Below, piece by piece: positions 40,299 to 54,294 of a stretch of DNA of 64,000 nucleotides. How positions within the stretch are numbered: position 1 is the first letter of the stretch; each line of letters opens with the position of its first letter. The position numbers and the translations under genes were made by a program. The notes beneath the pieces are model-generated. The model was not told the origin of the DNA, made no database searches, and saw nothing but the letters and a program-made list of their open reading frames with translations. The stretch comes from Methylocystis sp. (lineage in GTDB: Bacteria; Pseudomonadota; Alphaproteobacteria; Rhizobiales; Beijerinckiaceae), in NCBI RefSeq assembly GCF_050181815.1, contig NZ_JBFXCV010000003.1; one strand, 5' to 3'.

Positions 40299-40416
40299 CC
40301 CCCTCCCCGGCTCTCCCCCGCGACTTCCCCCTTCGGGCCTTTGTTGCAATTTGCGCGAAAGCTGCTCGTTAGCGTCCCCTCTCCCGCGAAGCGGGGGAGG
40401 GACAGGGAGGGGGCGC
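40299..40416. repeat. Palindromic repeat (family C) at the GNAT/ADH junction
   Basis: CCCCCTCCCCGGCTCTCCCCCGC ... CCCCTCTCCCGCGAAGCGGGGGAGGGACAGGGAGGGGG. Confidence 0.6.
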
Positions 40417-40848
40417 ATCGGCCAACTGCTTGCTCAAGATGTATCGCTCGTGTCCAGGGGGAAACCCGACGATCTCGCCGGCGCGTTCAAATCCGAGGGC
40501 TTCATAGAAAGCGGCCGCTCGCAGATCGAATGTATCGACATAGACCCCGACGCAGCCGCGCTCCCTGGCGATCCGCTCGGCATCCGCGATCAGCCGGCGT
40601 CCCCAGCCGCGGCCGCGCTGAGATTGCTCGACCCAGAGATGACGCACATAAAGCCAGCGCCAGTGCGAGACCCCATTGAGGCCGGCGACGAGAGTCCCCT
40701 CGGGATCACGCGCGACGACGCAGACGGGCCGTTCCTCGCGCGGTCCGAAATGAGCCGCGATCTCTTCGCCCAGTCTTGCCGCAAGCTCGGCCGACTCACT
40801 CGGTTCGAACGAAAGAATGATCTTCTCAATTTCTTCGTTTTTGATCAT
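40369..40848 (-). CDS. GNAT N-acetyltransferase
   Basis: WLYVRHLWV..QRGRGWGRRLI..AE, VDTFD..AAAFYEALGF. Confidence 0.88.
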   Translation of the reverse strand: MIKNEEIEKIILSFEPSESAELAARLGEEIAAHFGPREERPVCVVARDPEGTLVAGLNGVSHWRWLYVRHLWVEQSQRGRGWGRRLIADAERIARERGCVGVYVDTFDLRAAAFYEALGFERAGEIVGFPPGHERYILSKQLADAPPPCPSPASRERGR

Positions 40849-40857
40849 GATCGCGTC

Positions 40858-41829
40858 GTGAGACGAGTCCTCGTCCTGCTAGTGTGGGCGTATGTCGCCT
40901 GCGCCGCAACGGCGCGCGGCGAAGAGGATAGTTGCGGCCCCGTCAATATCGCGCCGGGACCGGCGCCGAATGGCGCGCGGGTGCGCGACTATGCGCCGAT
41001 TTTCGAAGCCTGCGTCAATGGCGAAGGCGAATCGCGGCTCGCCATCCGACGGATGAGCGTCGACGGGAACCCGCTGATCCTGACCGTCGATCCGCAATCG
41101 CTGCATACCTCGCTGGAGCGCGCGTCATGCTGGCGCTGCGAAGCGACCAGCGACGGCGAACAGGCCGAGACGCGCTACATTAAGGCGCTGCATCCGCCGC
41201 AGGACCCCACGCGTCCGCCGGCGCTCGTCAACGCCGGGCTCATTCACGGCGTCGGCGTCGGCGCCTTCGTCACCGGCGACCTTTGCCCAAGCCGCAAACG
41301 GCTCGACCGCGCCTTCTTCGAAAAGCTCGCCGCGCAAGGTCGAGGCGCGCCAGTGACGCTCGCCGTCTCCGGCGGCTGGATCGCCCGCCACGGCGCCGAT
41401 TTCGCCTGGCTGCGCGAGAAGGAGCGGATCGGCGCGCTGGCCATCACATGGGCCAATCATTCCTACAGCCATCCCTATATTCGCCGCCTTGCGGACAGCC
41501 GGAACTATTTCCTGCGGCCGGGCGTCGACGTCGATCGCGAAATTTTCGAGACGGAAAAGCTCATCATCGCCGAAGGGGAAACGCCGTCGGTGTTTTTTCG
41601 CTTTCCGGGACTCGTCGCCGACACGGCGCTGCTCGAGCGCATACGCGACCGCCATCTGGCGCCGCTCGGCGCCGACAGCTGGCTGGCGCTGGGGTTGCGG
41701 CCCCGCCCCGGCTCGATTGTGCTCGTTCATCCCAACGGCAATGAGCCGGTGGGGCTGAAGCTCTTCTCGCGGCTCATCGACGCCGGCGCGATGCCTCTGC
41801 CGCTGCGGCCGATCAATGAGGCGCCGTAG
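40858..41829 (+). CDS. Secreted polysaccharide-deacetylase-like protein
   Basis: 3' part of ORF 40006..41829 from GTG 40858: signal peptide MRRVLVLLVWAYVACAATARG, TGDLCPS, NHSYSH, FFRFPG, IVLVH. Confidence 0.78.
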   Translation: MRRVLVLLVWAYVACAATARGEEDSCGPVNIAPGPAPNGARVRDYAPIFEACVNGEGESRLAIRRMSVDGNPLILTVDPQSLHTSLERASCWRCEATSDGEQAETRYIKALHPPQDPTRPPALVNAGLIHGVGVGAFVTGDLCPSRKRLDRAFFEKLAAQGRGAPVTLAVSGGWIARHGADFAWLREKERIGALAITWANHSYSHPYIRRLADSRNYFLRPGVDVDREIFETEKLIIAEGETPSVFFRFPGLVADTALLERIRDRHLAPLGADSWLALGLRPRPGSIVLVHPNGNEPVGLKLFSRLIDAGAMPLPLRPINEAP

Positions 41830-41921
41830 ACTCTTTATTTGACGAGATCGATTGTGTAACTGATGTAGCTGCCGAAATATCTCTGACGACGGCTAACTGC
41901 CGGGCGCATAAAGCGAATTTG

Positions 41922-42050
41922 TCAATCGACGCTGCATTTGGACGGAATCATCCAAATCCAGACAAGGTGATCGATTCCAAAAGCTTAGAACGCGCTTTGC
42001 GCGAAAAACTTGATTCCGCATTTTTCGCAAACCCCGCCCCAGACAGCGCG
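41922..42050. repeat. Degenerate MITE-like intergenic element (family D)
   Basis: Hairpins ATTTGGA/TCCAAAT (41936-41957) and GCGAAAAA/TTTTTCGC (42001-42028) joined by GTGATCGATTCCAAAAG..TTAGA. It resembles a Rhizobiales dispersed repeat as recalled from memory; only one copy is in the window. Confidence 0.4.
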
Positions 42051-42125
42051 TCGGCCGCCGTCAACGCCCTTCATCCCGCCCTTCGGGGCCGTCAGCCGCA
42101 TGGCGTCGTGCGCAATTCCCTTACG

Positions 42126-42154
42126 TTGACAAGGTTTCCGGCGGCTCTTATCTC
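42126..42154 (+). promoter_or_regulatory. Candidate sigma70 promoter of secA
   Basis: TTGACA-N17-TATCTC, about 155 nt upstream of the secA ATG. Confidence 0.45.
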
Positions 42155-42309
42155 TCCCGCGGAAACGCCGCGTCGGTCTCGGCGCCCCCGCCATTGGGGC
42201 GATGTCGCAGGCGGATGTTATTCATGCATTCAGCGACGCTCCGCCGGCCGCCGTTAACCGGCGCGCCGACAAGGCGGCAGACGCTGCGCGGGGAGAAAGG
42301 TTCGCAAGG

Positions 42310-45135
<2,826 letters not shown>

Positions 45136-45142
45136 GCCGAAG

Positions 45143-45568
45143 ATGAGGGCGGCGATGTGGAGGATCGGCGTCGCGGCGCTCACGTCGGCGCTCGCGTCTT
45201 CCGCATTGGCCCGGGACAATTGGGCTCAGGTCTCCAAGGACGATTTTTCCACCATATACACGGACGTCGCCTCCCGCCGAACGTCCGCCGATGGAATCGT
45301 CACGATCGACGCGCTCACCGATTACAACGCGGCCTCGCCCAAAGCCGCCGCCTTTGGACTTGCCGAAAAGGGTCTGTCCGAAATCGAGAAAGCGTCGTTC
45401 GATTGCGTCAATCGGAAATACCGGTCAGAGGGCGGCGCCTGGTATGCAGGCCAGATGGGCGAAGGAAAGATCACCAAGACCTATCCGCCGAGAGACCACT
45501 GGTCGCCGGCGCCTGACTATTACGACGGACTCTTCGCCAAGGTCTGCGCGGCCCGAACTCCAGAATAG
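45143..45568 (+). CDS. Secreted hypothetical protein (surface-adhesin-E-like fold possible)
   Basis: Signal peptide, NW..V..IYTD.., FDCVNRKYR, C-terminal KVC (two Cys). Confidence 0.65.
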   Translation: MRAAMWRIGVAALTSALASSALARDNWAQVSKDDFSTIYTDVASRRTSADGIVTIDALTDYNAASPKAAAFGLAEKGLSEIEKASFDCVNRKYRSEGGAWYAGQMGEGKITKTYPPRDHWSPAPDYYDGLFAKVCAARTPE

Positions 45569-45678
45569 CTGTCACGTCGAATTGAACCGCCTCGCAGGTC
45601 AGAATATAAGCGCGGCGCGTTTGAAGCGCCGCCGTCCCGCGATCGTGGGAAAGCGCCGCAGGTTCTCAGGAGCTTGTC

Positions 45679-46899
45679 GTGACCGCTATCGATTTTTCCA
45701 AAGTGCTCGTCGCCCAGGGCGGCGGCCCCACCGCCGTCATCAACCAGTCGCTGGTCGGCGCCGTGCTGGAGTCGCGCAAATTTCGCGAGGTCGAGCGGGT
45801 TTATGGCGCCTTCCACGGGGTGCGCGGGATCGTCAATGAGGATTTCGTCGACCTCACCCAGGAGACGACCCATAATCTCGAACTCGTCGCCAACACCCCT
45901 TCTTCGGCGCTCGGTTCGACGCGCGACAAGCCCGACCTCAAATATTGTCAGGAAATCTTTCGCGTCCTGCGCGCGCATGGGATCGGCTGCTTTTTCTATA
46001 TCGGCGGCAATGATTCATCCGACACCGTCCGAATCGTCTCGCAGGAAGCGCAAAGCGCCGGCTATCCGCTGCGGACCGTTCACATCCCCAAAACCATCGA
46101 CAATGATCTGATGGTCAACGACCATACGCCGGGTTTTCCTTCGGCGGCGCGCTGGGTGGCGCAGGCCTTCGCCGGCGCCAATCTCGACAATTGGGCCCTG
46201 CCCGGCGTCTATATCGCCACCGTCATGGGTCGCCACGCCGGATTTCTGACCGCCGCCTCGGCGCTCGGCAAGAAGTTTCCCGACGACGGCCCGCACCTCA
46301 TCTACATCCCCGAGCGCGCCTTCATCGTCGATAAATTCCTGGCCGACGTGAAGGCGACGATGACCAAATACGGCCGCTGCGTCATCGCGATTTCGGAAGG
46401 CGTCTGCGACGAGAACCATACGCCGATCGCCGAAAAGCTGGCCAAGTCGGTCGAGCGGGACGATCACGGCAATGTCCATCTCGGCGGCGGCGCGCTCGCC
46501 GACGAGCTCACCCGGCTGGTCAAGGACCGGCTGGGGTTCAAGCGGGTGCGCGCCGACACCTTCGGCTATGTGCAGAGGAGCTTCGTCGGCTGCGTCTCCG
46601 ACGTGGACCAGCGCGAGGCCCGCGAAGTCGGCGAAAAGGCGGTGCAATACGCCATTTGGGGCGACCGCGACGGCTCGGTGACGATCCACCGGACCGGCTT
46701 TTATTCCGTCGACTATCGGTTGACGCCGCTCGAGGAGATCGCGGCGAAGACAAAAGTCATGCCGGACGAATATATTAGCCCCTGCGGCACGGACGTCACC
46801 GACGCCTTCCGGCTCTATCTTCGCCCGCTGCTCGGCAGCGGCATGCCGGACGCCTATCGGTTGCGGCTCAACCGGGTCCCCAAAATCCTCACCGCCTGA
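45679..46899 (+). CDS. pfp: Pyrophosphate-dependent 6-phosphofructokinase
   Basis: QGGGPTAVIN, GGNDS (Asp) and PKTIDND (Lys) PPi-specificity residues, MGRHAG. Confidence 0.88.
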   Translation: MTAIDFSKVLVAQGGGPTAVINQSLVGAVLESRKFREVERVYGAFHGVRGIVNEDFVDLTQETTHNLELVANTPSSALGSTRDKPDLKYCQEIFRVLRAHGIGCFFYIGGNDSSDTVRIVSQEAQSAGYPLRTVHIPKTIDNDLMVNDHTPGFPSAARWVAQAFAGANLDNWALPGVYIATVMGRHAGFLTAASALGKKFPDDGPHLIYIPERAFIVDKFLADVKATMTKYGRCVIAISEGVCDENHTPIAEKLAKSVERDDHGNVHLGGGALADELTRLVKDRLGFKRVRADTFGYVQRSFVGCVSDVDQREAREVGEKAVQYAIWGDRDGSVTIHRTGFYSVDYRLTPLEEIAAKTKVMPDEYISPCGTDVTDAFRLYLRPLLGSGMPDAYRLRLNRVPKILTA

Positions 46900-47149
46900 G
46901 CCGGCGGCTCGGGCGCCAATCTTGCTTTAAGGGAATTTCCGGCGCAGGTTGCAATTTGACCGTCGTCTAAAATACACTCGCCAGTCATAGTTCTCGGGCG
47001 CTCGTCGCTGACGACCGAAACGATGGATTGGGAGCCGGAACGGATGAGGAGCGGGAACGCCAACCGCTTCCACCTTTTGTTAGTTTGGCGCCGGTAACAA
47101 AAGTGTTCGGGCTGATTCGCCCGGCGCGCCGGCCCGATAGGAGAACGAG

Positions 47150-48415
47150 ATGAGCAAGGTCGGCGGCGGCGATTCCAAAAACACGCTGTACTGTTCCTTC
47201 TGCGGCAAGAGCCAGCATGAGGTGCGTAAGCTTATCGCCGGACCGACGGTGTTCATCTGCGACGAATGCGTCGAACTCTGCATGGACATCATTCGCGAGG
47301 AGAACAAGTCCTCGCTCGTTAAGCAACGCGACGGCATTCCCACCCCACGAGAGATTTGTAAGGTTCTGGACGACTATGTCATCGGCCAGGCCCAGGCGAA
47401 GCGCGTTCTCTCTGTCGCGGTCCACAACCATTACAAGCGCCTCAACCACGCGACGAAACACGGCGACGTGGAGCTCGCGAAGTCCAATATTCTGCTGGTC
47501 GGTCCGACCGGCGTGGGCAAGACCATGCTGGCGCAGACCCTCGCCCGCATTCTCGACGTGCCCTTCACCATGGCCGACGCCACCACCCTGACCGAGGCGG
47601 GCTATGTCGGCGAGGATGTCGAAAACATCATCCTGAAGCTTTTGCAGGCGTCGGACTATAATGTCGAACGCGCCCAGCGCGGCATCGTCTATGTCGACGA
47701 AATTGATAAGATTTCCCGCAAGTCCGACAACCCCTCGATCACCCGCGACGTCTCGGGCGAAGGCGTGCAGCAGGCGCTCCTGAAAATCATGGAGGGCACC
47801 ATCGCCTCCGTTCCCCCGCAGGGCGGACGCAAACATCCCCAGCAGGAGTTCCTGCAGGTCGACACGACGAACATCCTCTTCATCTGCGGCGGCGCTTTCG
47901 CCGGGCTCGAAAAGATCATTTCCGCCCGTGGCCGCAACACCTCGATCGGTTTCGCGGCGACCGTGCAGGCGCCTGACGAACGACGCACCGGCGACATTTT
48001 TAGGCAGGTGCAGCCCGAAGACCTGCTCAAATTTGGGCTCATTCCTGAATTTGTCGGCCGTCTTCCCGTCATCGCGACGCTCGAAGATCTCGACGAGGAA
48101 GCGCTCAAACGGATTCTCACCGAGCCCAAAAACGCGCTGGTCAAGCAATATCAGCGGCTCTTCGAGATGGAAAACGTCGAACTGACCTTCCAGGACGACG
48201 CGCTGTCGTCCGTCGCCCGCAAGGCGATCGAACGCCACACCGGCGCGCGCGGCCTGCGCTCGATCATGGAAGGAATCTTGCTAGACACAATGTTCGATCT
48301 GCCAGGGTTGGAGGGCGTTGAACAGGTTGTGATCGGTCCGGAAGTCGTCGAGGGTAAAGCCCGGCCCCTCTATATTTACGCCGAGCGCAGCGAAAAAAGC
48401 GGCGCGAGCGCCTGA
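47150..48415 (+). CDS. clpX: ATP-dependent Clp protease ATPase ClpX
   Basis: CSFCGK..ICDECV zinc finger, [27 protein letters not shown]. Confidence 0.98.
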   Translation: MSKVGGGDSKNTLYCSFCGKSQHEVRKLIAGPTVFICDECVELCMDIIREENKSSLVKQRDGIPTPREICKVLDDYVIGQAQAKRVLSVAVHNHYKRLNHATKHGDVELAKSNILLVGPTGVGKTMLAQTLARILDVPFTMADATTLTEAGYVGEDVENIILKLLQASDYNVERAQRGIVYVDEIDKISRKSDNPSITRDVSGEGVQQALLKIMEGTIASVPPQGGRKHPQQEFLQVDTTNILFICGGAFAGLEKIISARGRNTSIGFAATVQAPDERRTGDIFRQVQPEDLLKFGLIPEFVGRLPVIATLEDLDEEALKRILTEPKNALVKQYQRLFEMENVELTFQDDALSSVARKAIERHTGARGLRSIMEGILLDTMFDLPGLEGVEQVVIGPEVVEGKARPLYIYAERSEKSGASA

Positions 48416-48470
48416 CGCGCTGCAGTAAAGGGAGCCATGCTCCCGGCAATGAGCTTCCGCGCCGCAGCGA

Positions 48471-48499
48471 CTTGAATCAATTGTTTGCGTATACCATTT
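48471..48499 (+). promoter_or_regulatory. Candidate sigma32-type promoter of lon
   Basis: CTTGAA-N17-CCATTT upstream of lon; the spacing is at the long end of the consensus. Confidence 0.35.
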
Positions 48500-48644
48500 G
48501 CGTTAGCGAGGCCGTCTGGCGCGATCGCGGGCGGTCTTTTATGGCGCGACGTCGGCGGGCGACCGCATCGCGGCCTCAAACCCAAATCGCCCGCGGTCTC
48601 GCGTCGCCGCCTGAGCGGGGCGTGGTCTAGGACAGGACAAGAAA

Positions 48645-51074
48645 ATGTCGAACGAAAAGCGAGACGCCGTCACGCCCGGAGCCATCGAAAGCTATCCGGT
48701 TCTGCCGCTGCGCGACATAGTCGTCTTTCCGCACATGATCGTCCCGCTTTTCGTCGCGCGAGAGAAGTCCATCCGCGCGCTCGAAGAGGTGACGAAATCC
48801 GACAGGCTTATTCTTCTGGCGACCCAGAAGAACGCGGGCGACGACGACCCCTCGACGGACGCCATCTATTCGATCGGGACGCTCGCCTCGGTATTGCAGC
48901 TTCTGAAGCTGCCCGACGGCACGGTGAAGGTGCTGGTCGAGGGCGTGGCGCGGGCCAGCGTGCGCACGTATACGCGCGCGGACGATTATTATGAGGCCGA
49001 CGCCGAAGTTCTCGTCGACGATCTTGGCTCTCCGGTCGAGGTCGAAGCGCTCGGCCGCTCGGTGATCGCCGAATTCGAAAGCTATGTGAAGCTCAACAAG
49101 CGGGTCTCGTCCGAGGTCGTCGGCGCGGTCACGCAGATCGACGACTATTCGAAGCTCGCCGACACGGTGGCGTCTCACCTTTCGGTCAAGATCGCCGAGA
49201 AGCAGGATGTGCTCGAGACGCTGAGCGTCGCGCGGCGTCTCGAAAAATGTCTGTCGCTGATGGAGAGCGAAATCTCGGTGCTGCAGGTTGAGAAGCGCAT
49301 TCGCACGCGCGTCAAGCGCCAGATGGAGAAGACGCAGCGCGAATATTATCTCAACGAGCAGATGAAGGCGATCCAGAAGGAGCTGGGCGACGAGGAAGGC
49401 AAGGACGACCTCGCCGAACTCGAGGAGCGCATCAAGAACACCAAGCTCTCCAAGGAAGCGCGCGACAAGGCCTTCGCTGAATTCAAGAAGCTGCGGCAGA
49501 TGTCGCCGATGTCGGCCGAAGCCACCGTCGTGCGCAACTATCTCGACTGGATCCTGTCAATTCCATGGGGCAAGCGCTCCAAGGTGAAAAAGGATCTCGG
49601 ACAGGCGGAGGAAGTGCTCAACGCCGAGCATTTCGGCCTCGAGAAGGTCAAGGAGCGCATCCTCGAATATCTCGCCGTGCAGAGCCGCGCCAACAAGCTG
49701 ACCGGCCCGATCCTCTGCCTCGTCGGCCCGCCCGGCGTCGGCAAGACCTCGCTCGGCAAGTCGATCGCCAAGGCCACGGGCCGCGAATTCGTGCGCATGT
49801 CGCTTGGCGGCGTGCGCGACGAAGCGGAAATCCGCGGACATCGGCGCACCTATATCGGCTCGATGCCCGGCAAGATCATCCAGTCGATGCGCAAGGCGAA
49901 GACATCCAATCCGCTCTTCCTTCTGGACGAGATCGACAAGATGGGCATGGACTTCCGCGGCGATCCGTCGTCGGCCTTGCTCGAAGTGCTGGACCCGGAG
50001 CAGAACGCCACGTTCAACGATCATTACCTCGAAGTCGACTACGACCTTTCGAACGTCATGTTCGTAACGACGGCGAATACGCTCAACATTCCGCCGCCGC
50101 TGATGGACCGTATGGAAATCATCCGCATCGCCGGCTACACGGAAGACGAAAAGGTCGAGATCGCGCGCCGGCACCTCATTCCCAATGCGGTGCATAAGCA
50201 TGGTCTTGCGCCTGAAGAATGGATGATCGCCGACGACGGCCTGCTCACCCTCATTCGCCGCTATACGCGCGAAGCGGGCGTGCGCAATCTGGAGCGCGAA
50301 ATCTCCAATCTGGCGCGCAAAGCGGTCAAGGAGATCCTCCTTAAGAAAAAGGAGAAGATCGTCGTCACGAACGAGAACCTCTCGGATTATCTCGGCGTGC
50401 CGAAATTCCGCTATGGCGAGGCCGAACTCGAGGATCAGGTCGGCGTCGTGACCGGACTTGCCTGGACCGAGGTCGGTGGCGAGCTGTTGACGATCGAAGG
50501 CGTCATGATGCCCGGCAAGGGCAAGATGACGGTCACCGGCAATCTGCGCGACGTGATGAAAGAGTCAATTTCCGCGGCCGCGTCCTATGTCCGCTCGCGC
50601 GCCGTCGACTTCGGCGTCGAACCGCCGGTCTTCGATCGCCGCGACTTCCATGTGCATGTGCCGGAAGGCGCGACGCCCAAGGATGGGCCGTCGGCGGGCG
50701 TGGCGATGGCAACCGCCATCGTCTCGATCATCACCGGCATTCCCGTCAAGCGCGACATCGCCATGACCGGCGAGATCACCCTGCGCGGCCGGGTGCTGCC
50801 GATCGGCGGCTTGAAGGAAAAGCTGCTTGCGGCCTTGCGCGGCGGCTTGAAGAAGGTGCTGATCCCCGAGGAGAACGCCAAGGATCTGGCGGAAATCCCC
50901 GACGCGGTGAAGAACGGCCTGGAGATTGTCCCGGTTGCGCGCATGGATGAAGTGCTGCGGCACGCGCTCGTCTCCCAGCCGACGCCGATCGAATGGCGGG
51001 AAGACGAAGCCGCCATCGCCAAGCACGGCGCCGCCATCGGCGACGAAGACGGGTCGGGCGTGCGCGCACACTGA
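48645..51074 (+). CDS. lon: Lon protease
   Basis: [31 protein letters not shown] (catalytic Ser), GGLKEK. Confidence 0.98.
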   Translation: MSNEKRDAVTPGAIESYPVLPLRDIVVFPHMIVPLFVAREKSIRALEEVTKSDRLILLATQKNAGDDDPSTDAIYSIGTLASVLQLLKLPDGTVKVLVEGVARASVRTYTRADDYYEADAEVLVDDLGSPVEVEALGRSVIAEFESYVKLNKRVSSEVVGAVTQIDDYSKLADTVASHLSVKIAEKQDVLETLSVARRLEKCLSLMESEISVLQVEKRIRTRVKRQMEKTQREYYLNEQMKAIQKELGDEEGKDDLAELEERIKNTKLSKEARDKAFAEFKKLRQMSPMSAEATVVRNYLDWILSIPWGKRSKVKKDLGQAEEVLNAEHFGLEKVKERILEYLAVQSRANKLTGPILCLVGPPGVGKTSLGKSIAKATGREFVRMSLGGVRDEAEIRGHRRTYIGSMPGKIIQSMRKAKTSNPLFLLDEIDKMGMDFRGDPSSALLEVLDPEQNATFNDHYLEVDYDLSNVMFVTTANTLNIPPPLMDRMEIIRIAGYTEDEKVEIARRHLIPNAVHKHGLAPEEWMIADDGLLTLIRRYTREAGVRNLEREISNLARKAVKEILLKKKEKIVVTNENLSDYLGVPKFRYGEAELEDQVGVVTGLAWTEVGGELLTIEGVMMPGKGKMTVTGNLRDVMKESISAAASYVRSRAVDFGVEPPVFDRRDFHVHVPEGATPKDGPSAGVAMATAIVSIITGIPVKRDIAMTGEITLRGRVLPIGGLKEKLLAALRGGLKKVLIPEENAKDLAEIPDAVKNGLEIVPVARMDEVLRHALVSQPTPIEWREDEAAIAKHGAAIGDEDGSGVRAH

Positions 51075-51100
51075 CCGACGGCGGTTCTGACCCGAGGCTT

Positions 51101-51134
51101 AAGAGCCCCGCTGAAAAGCGGGGCTCTTTTCTTT
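51101..51134 (+). terminator. Intrinsic terminator after lon
   Basis: Stem AAGAGCCCCGC/GCGGGGCTCTT with a 6-nt loop, followed by TTCTTT. Confidence 0.8.
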
Positions 51135-51354
51135 CCGGCCGTTGACGCACGCGCCGCAGCCCCCGGATTGCATGGCCATTTCGCGTCGCAGCGGCCATTT
51201 CCTCCGGAAATCCAGCGATTCTGGGCCTTTGACGGCCGGCATCCCTTGCATTTCCTGCGATTCGCGACCAACACTCGCCATCGCTGCTCAATGCCGATTC
51301 GAGGTCGCGCATTCCACGCCGGGCGGCTCGCAGCGAAACAGAAGGACAAAAGCC

Positions 51355-51636
51355 ATGAACAAACTGGAACTCGTCGAGCACGTCGCGAACGAGACGGACA
51401 GCTCGAAAGCGGCGGCGGCCGCCGCCATCGACGCCGTCATCGACGGCATCACCAAGGCCCTCAAGAAGGGCGACGAAGTCCGCCTCGTCGGCTTCGGCAC
51501 TTTCTCGGTCAAGAAGCGCGCGGCCGGCAAGGGCCGCAATCCGGCGACCGGCGAAGAGATCAAGATTCCCGCATCGAAGAGCGCCCGCTTCAAACCCGGC
51601 GCGACGCTGAAGACCGCGCTCAATAAGGCCAAGTAG
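51355..51636 (+). CDS. hup: DNA-binding protein HU
   Basis: [31 protein letters not shown]. Confidence 0.96.
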   Translation: MNKLELVEHVANETDSSKAAAAAAIDAVIDGITKALKKGDEVRLVGFGTFSVKKRAAGKGRNPATGEEIKIPASKSARFKPGATLKTALNKAK

Positions 51637-51785
51637 CCTCCTGCGCAGGCAGGCGCTGGCGCCGCAGGCGTTTTCCAGAACTTCGCACGATGGCCGTCGG
51701 CGTTCCGGCGGCCGTCGTTTTGGTCCGGCTTGCTTCGCGCCGACCCCGCCCTTAAAACCTCGCAGGCCGCATGTCGCGTTGTTTG

Positions 51786-51861
51786 GGGCGGTTAGCTCAG
51801 TTGGTAGAGCATCTCGTTTACACCGAGAGGGTCGGCGGTTCGAGACCGTCACCGCCCACCA
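51786..51861 (+). tRNA. tRNA-Val (anticodon TAC)
   Basis: 76 nt; acceptor stem GGGCGGT/ACCGCCC, AGCTCAGTTGGTAGAGC D-arm, anticodon loop TTTACAC, GGTTCGA T-loop, encoded CCA. Confidence 0.97.
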
Positions 51862-51908
51862 GCGCGGCACTTCGCTTTAGGCTGCTCGGACCAAAGAAGG
51901 CCGCCAGG

Positions 51909-52556
51909 ATGAAACTGATCAAAACCGTCCTGCTCGCTCTATGCCTCGCCGCCGCCTCATCGGCGCGCGCCGAGGAAATGAGCTTTCGCGTCATCGATTT
52001 GAATTCTGGCGGCCCGCAGGTGATCGCGGCGCAAGGCGAAATCGGCGAAGCGACGCCCGACGCCTTTCTCGCCTTCGTGCGCGAAAACGCGCGCGGGGGA
52101 AATTTGCATGGAATCGTGCTGCTCGATTCGCCCGGCGGCAAGGTCGTCGCTTCGATGGAGCTCGGCCAGGCCTTCCGCAAGCTCGGCATGGCCGTCATCG
52201 TCGCCCGTCCCGCAGCCGATCGATCGCGCACCATGGCGCTTGTTTCGGGCCGTTGCTATTCGGCCTGCGTCTATGCGCTGATGGGCGGCCGGAAGCGCGT
52301 CATCCCGGCGCAAAGCAGCGTCGGCGTGCACCGCATGTTCAATTATTCGACGAATTTCGATGTCGCCGAAGGCGGCTTCGTTCGCGAGCGCAATTTGGAT
52401 GATGGCGGCATGCTCAAGACGCTGTCGCGCTATGCGGCGATGATGGGCGTCAGCACCGAACTCGTGAAACTCGCCGAGCGGACCTCGCCGGACAGGCTTT
52501 ACATGTTGACCAGCGCCGACATCGCGCGCTGGCGGCTTGGCTCGCGCAAGCTTTAG
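51909..52556 (+). CDS. Exported ClpP/crotonase-fold protein (COG3904-like)
   Basis: Signal peptide, LDSPGG, CYSACVY, VGVH. Confidence 0.7.
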   Translation: MKLIKTVLLALCLAAASSARAEEMSFRVIDLNSGGPQVIAAQGEIGEATPDAFLAFVRENARGGNLHGIVLLDSPGGKVVASMELGQAFRKLGMAVIVARPAADRSRTMALVSGRCYSACVYALMGGRKRVIPAQSSVGVHRMFNYSTNFDVAEGGFVRERNLDDGGMLKTLSRYAAMMGVSTELVKLAERTSPDRLYMLTSADIARWRLGSRKL

Positions 52557-52596
52557 GCGCGCCCGACATCAGTCATCATCAGCAACAGGCCAGAAC

Positions 52597-54132
52597 ATGA
52601 AACATATTCTCGATGGGCTCGAACAGCGGCGCGCGTCCGCGCGTCTGGGCGGCGGACAAAAGCGCATCGAAGCGCAGCATGCTCGTGGCAAGCTCACCGC
52701 GCGAGAAAGAATCGAACTGTTGCTCGATCATGAATCGTTCGAAGAGTTCGACATGTTCGTCGCCCATCGCTGCACCGATTTCGGGATGGATCGGGGCGAG
52801 AAAATCTCGGGCGACGGCGTCGTCACCGGCTGGGGAACCGTCAACGGCCGCGCCGTCTTCGTCTTCGCCAAGGACTTTACCGTCTTCGGCGGCTCGCTCT
52901 CGGAGACTCACGCGCAGAAAATCACCAAGCTGCAGGACATGGCGCTCAAGAATCGCGCCCCGATCATCGGCCTCTTCGACGCCGGCGGCGCGCGCATTCA
53001 GGAAGGCGTCGCAGCGCTTGGCGGCTATGGCGAAGTGTTCCAGCGCAATGTGCTGGCCTCCGGCGTCATCCCGCAAATTTCGGTGATCATGGGCCCCTGC
53101 GCCGGCGGCGACGTCTATTCGCCGGCGATGACCGATTTCATCTTCATGGTGCGCGACACGAGCTACATGTTCGTGACCGGACCGGACGTCGTGAAGACCG
53201 TGACGAACGAGACCGTGACGGCGGAAGAACTCGGCGGCGCTTCGGTGCATACGACTAAGAGCTCGATCGCCGATCGCGCTTACGACAATGACGTCGAAGC
53301 GCTTTTGCAAATGCGGCGGCTGATCGATTTTCTCCCCTCCTCCAATCAGGAGGAGCCGCCGGAGTGGCCGGCTTTCGACGAAGTCGACCGCTTCGACGAA
53401 TCGCTCGACACGATCATTCCGGATAATCCCAACAAGCCGTACGACATCAAGGAGCTCATCCATAAGATCGTCGACGAGGCCGACTTCTTCGAGATCCAGG
53501 GCGCCCATGCGCGCAACATCGTCGTCGGCTTCGGCCGCATCGAAGGACGCACCGTCGGCATCGTCGCCAACCAGCCGCTTGTGCTCGCCGGCGTGCTCGA
53601 CATCGACGCCTCCAAGAAGGCGGCGCGCTTCGTGCGCTTTTGCGACTGCTTCAACATTCCGATCGTCACCTTCGTCGACGTGCCGGGATTTCTCCCCGGC
53701 ACCGCGCAGGAATATGGCGGTCTCATCAAGCACGGCGCGAAGCTGCTGTTCGCCTATGCCGAAGCGACGGTGCCGAAGGTGACGCTGATCACGCGCAAGG
53801 CGTTCGGCGGCGCCTATGACGTCATGGCGTCGAAACATCTTCGCGGCGACGTCAATTACGCCTGGCCGTCGGCGCAGATCGCGGTCATGGGCGCGAAGGG
53901 CGCAGTCGAAATCATTTTCCGCTCCGACCTCGACGATCCAGAGAAAATCGCTCAGCGCACCAAGGAATATGAAGACCGATTTCTGTCCCCCTTCGTCGCC
54001 GCCGAACGCGGCTACATCGACGAAGTCATCATGCCGCGTTCGACGCGCAAACGAATCGCGCGCGCGCTTGCGTTGCTTCGTCACAAGGAACTCGAGAATC
54101 CTTGGAAGAAGCACGACAACATTCCATTGTGA
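52597..54132 (+). CDS. pccB: Propionyl-CoA carboxylase beta (carboxyltransferase) subunit
   Basis: [45 protein letters not shown]. Confidence 0.93.
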   Translation: MKHILDGLEQRRASARLGGGQKRIEAQHARGKLTARERIELLLDHESFEEFDMFVAHRCTDFGMDRGEKISGDGVVTGWGTVNGRAVFVFAKDFTVFGGSLSETHAQKITKLQDMALKNRAPIIGLFDAGGARIQEGVAALGGYGEVFQRNVLASGVIPQISVIMGPCAGGDVYSPAMTDFIFMVRDTSYMFVTGPDVVKTVTNETVTAEELGGASVHTTKSSIADRAYDNDVEALLQMRRLIDFLPSSNQEEPPEWPAFDEVDRFDESLDTIIPDNPNKPYDIKELIHKIVDEADFFEIQGAHARNIVVGFGRIEGRTVGIVANQPLVLAGVLDIDASKKAARFVRFCDCFNIPIVTFVDVPGFLPGTAQEYGGLIKHGAKLLFAYAEATVPKVTLITRKAFGGAYDVMASKHLRGDVNYAWPSAQIAVMGAKGAVEIIFRSDLDDPEKIAQRTKEYEDRFLSPFVAAERGYIDEVIMPRSTRKRIARALALLRHKELENPWKKHDNIPL

Positions 54133-54294
54133 CGCGCCACAACAGCGGCGCGCGGACAGTCCCCGACCTCCCGCATTGCGCCAATTTGACGCGGTGCAGT
54201 CGGTCGCCTAAATCATCGGCGCCGCATCACAAAATTCGCCAAACTGCTTCATTTTTGAAGTGACAGGCCGAGTGTTTTGTCATAGTGTGCGCTC

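Noticed and set aside
39291-40418. ORF-track N-terminal extension of the alcohol dehydrogenase
   Set aside because: The extra 44 codons are the palindromic repeat and overlap the GNAT gene; the family start fits 40286.
42160-42309. SecM/ApdP-like arrest leader upstream of secA
   Set aside because: Only an in-frame extension from ATG 42202 exists; there is no separate exported ORF with an arrest motif.
51776-51790. 15-nt identity between the tRNA-Val 5' flank and 62939-62953, and tRNA-Val as an island attachment site
   Set aside because: About one or two chance 15-mer repeats are expected in 64 kb. The match is at the tRNA 5' end, and there is no integrase or 3'-end duplication.
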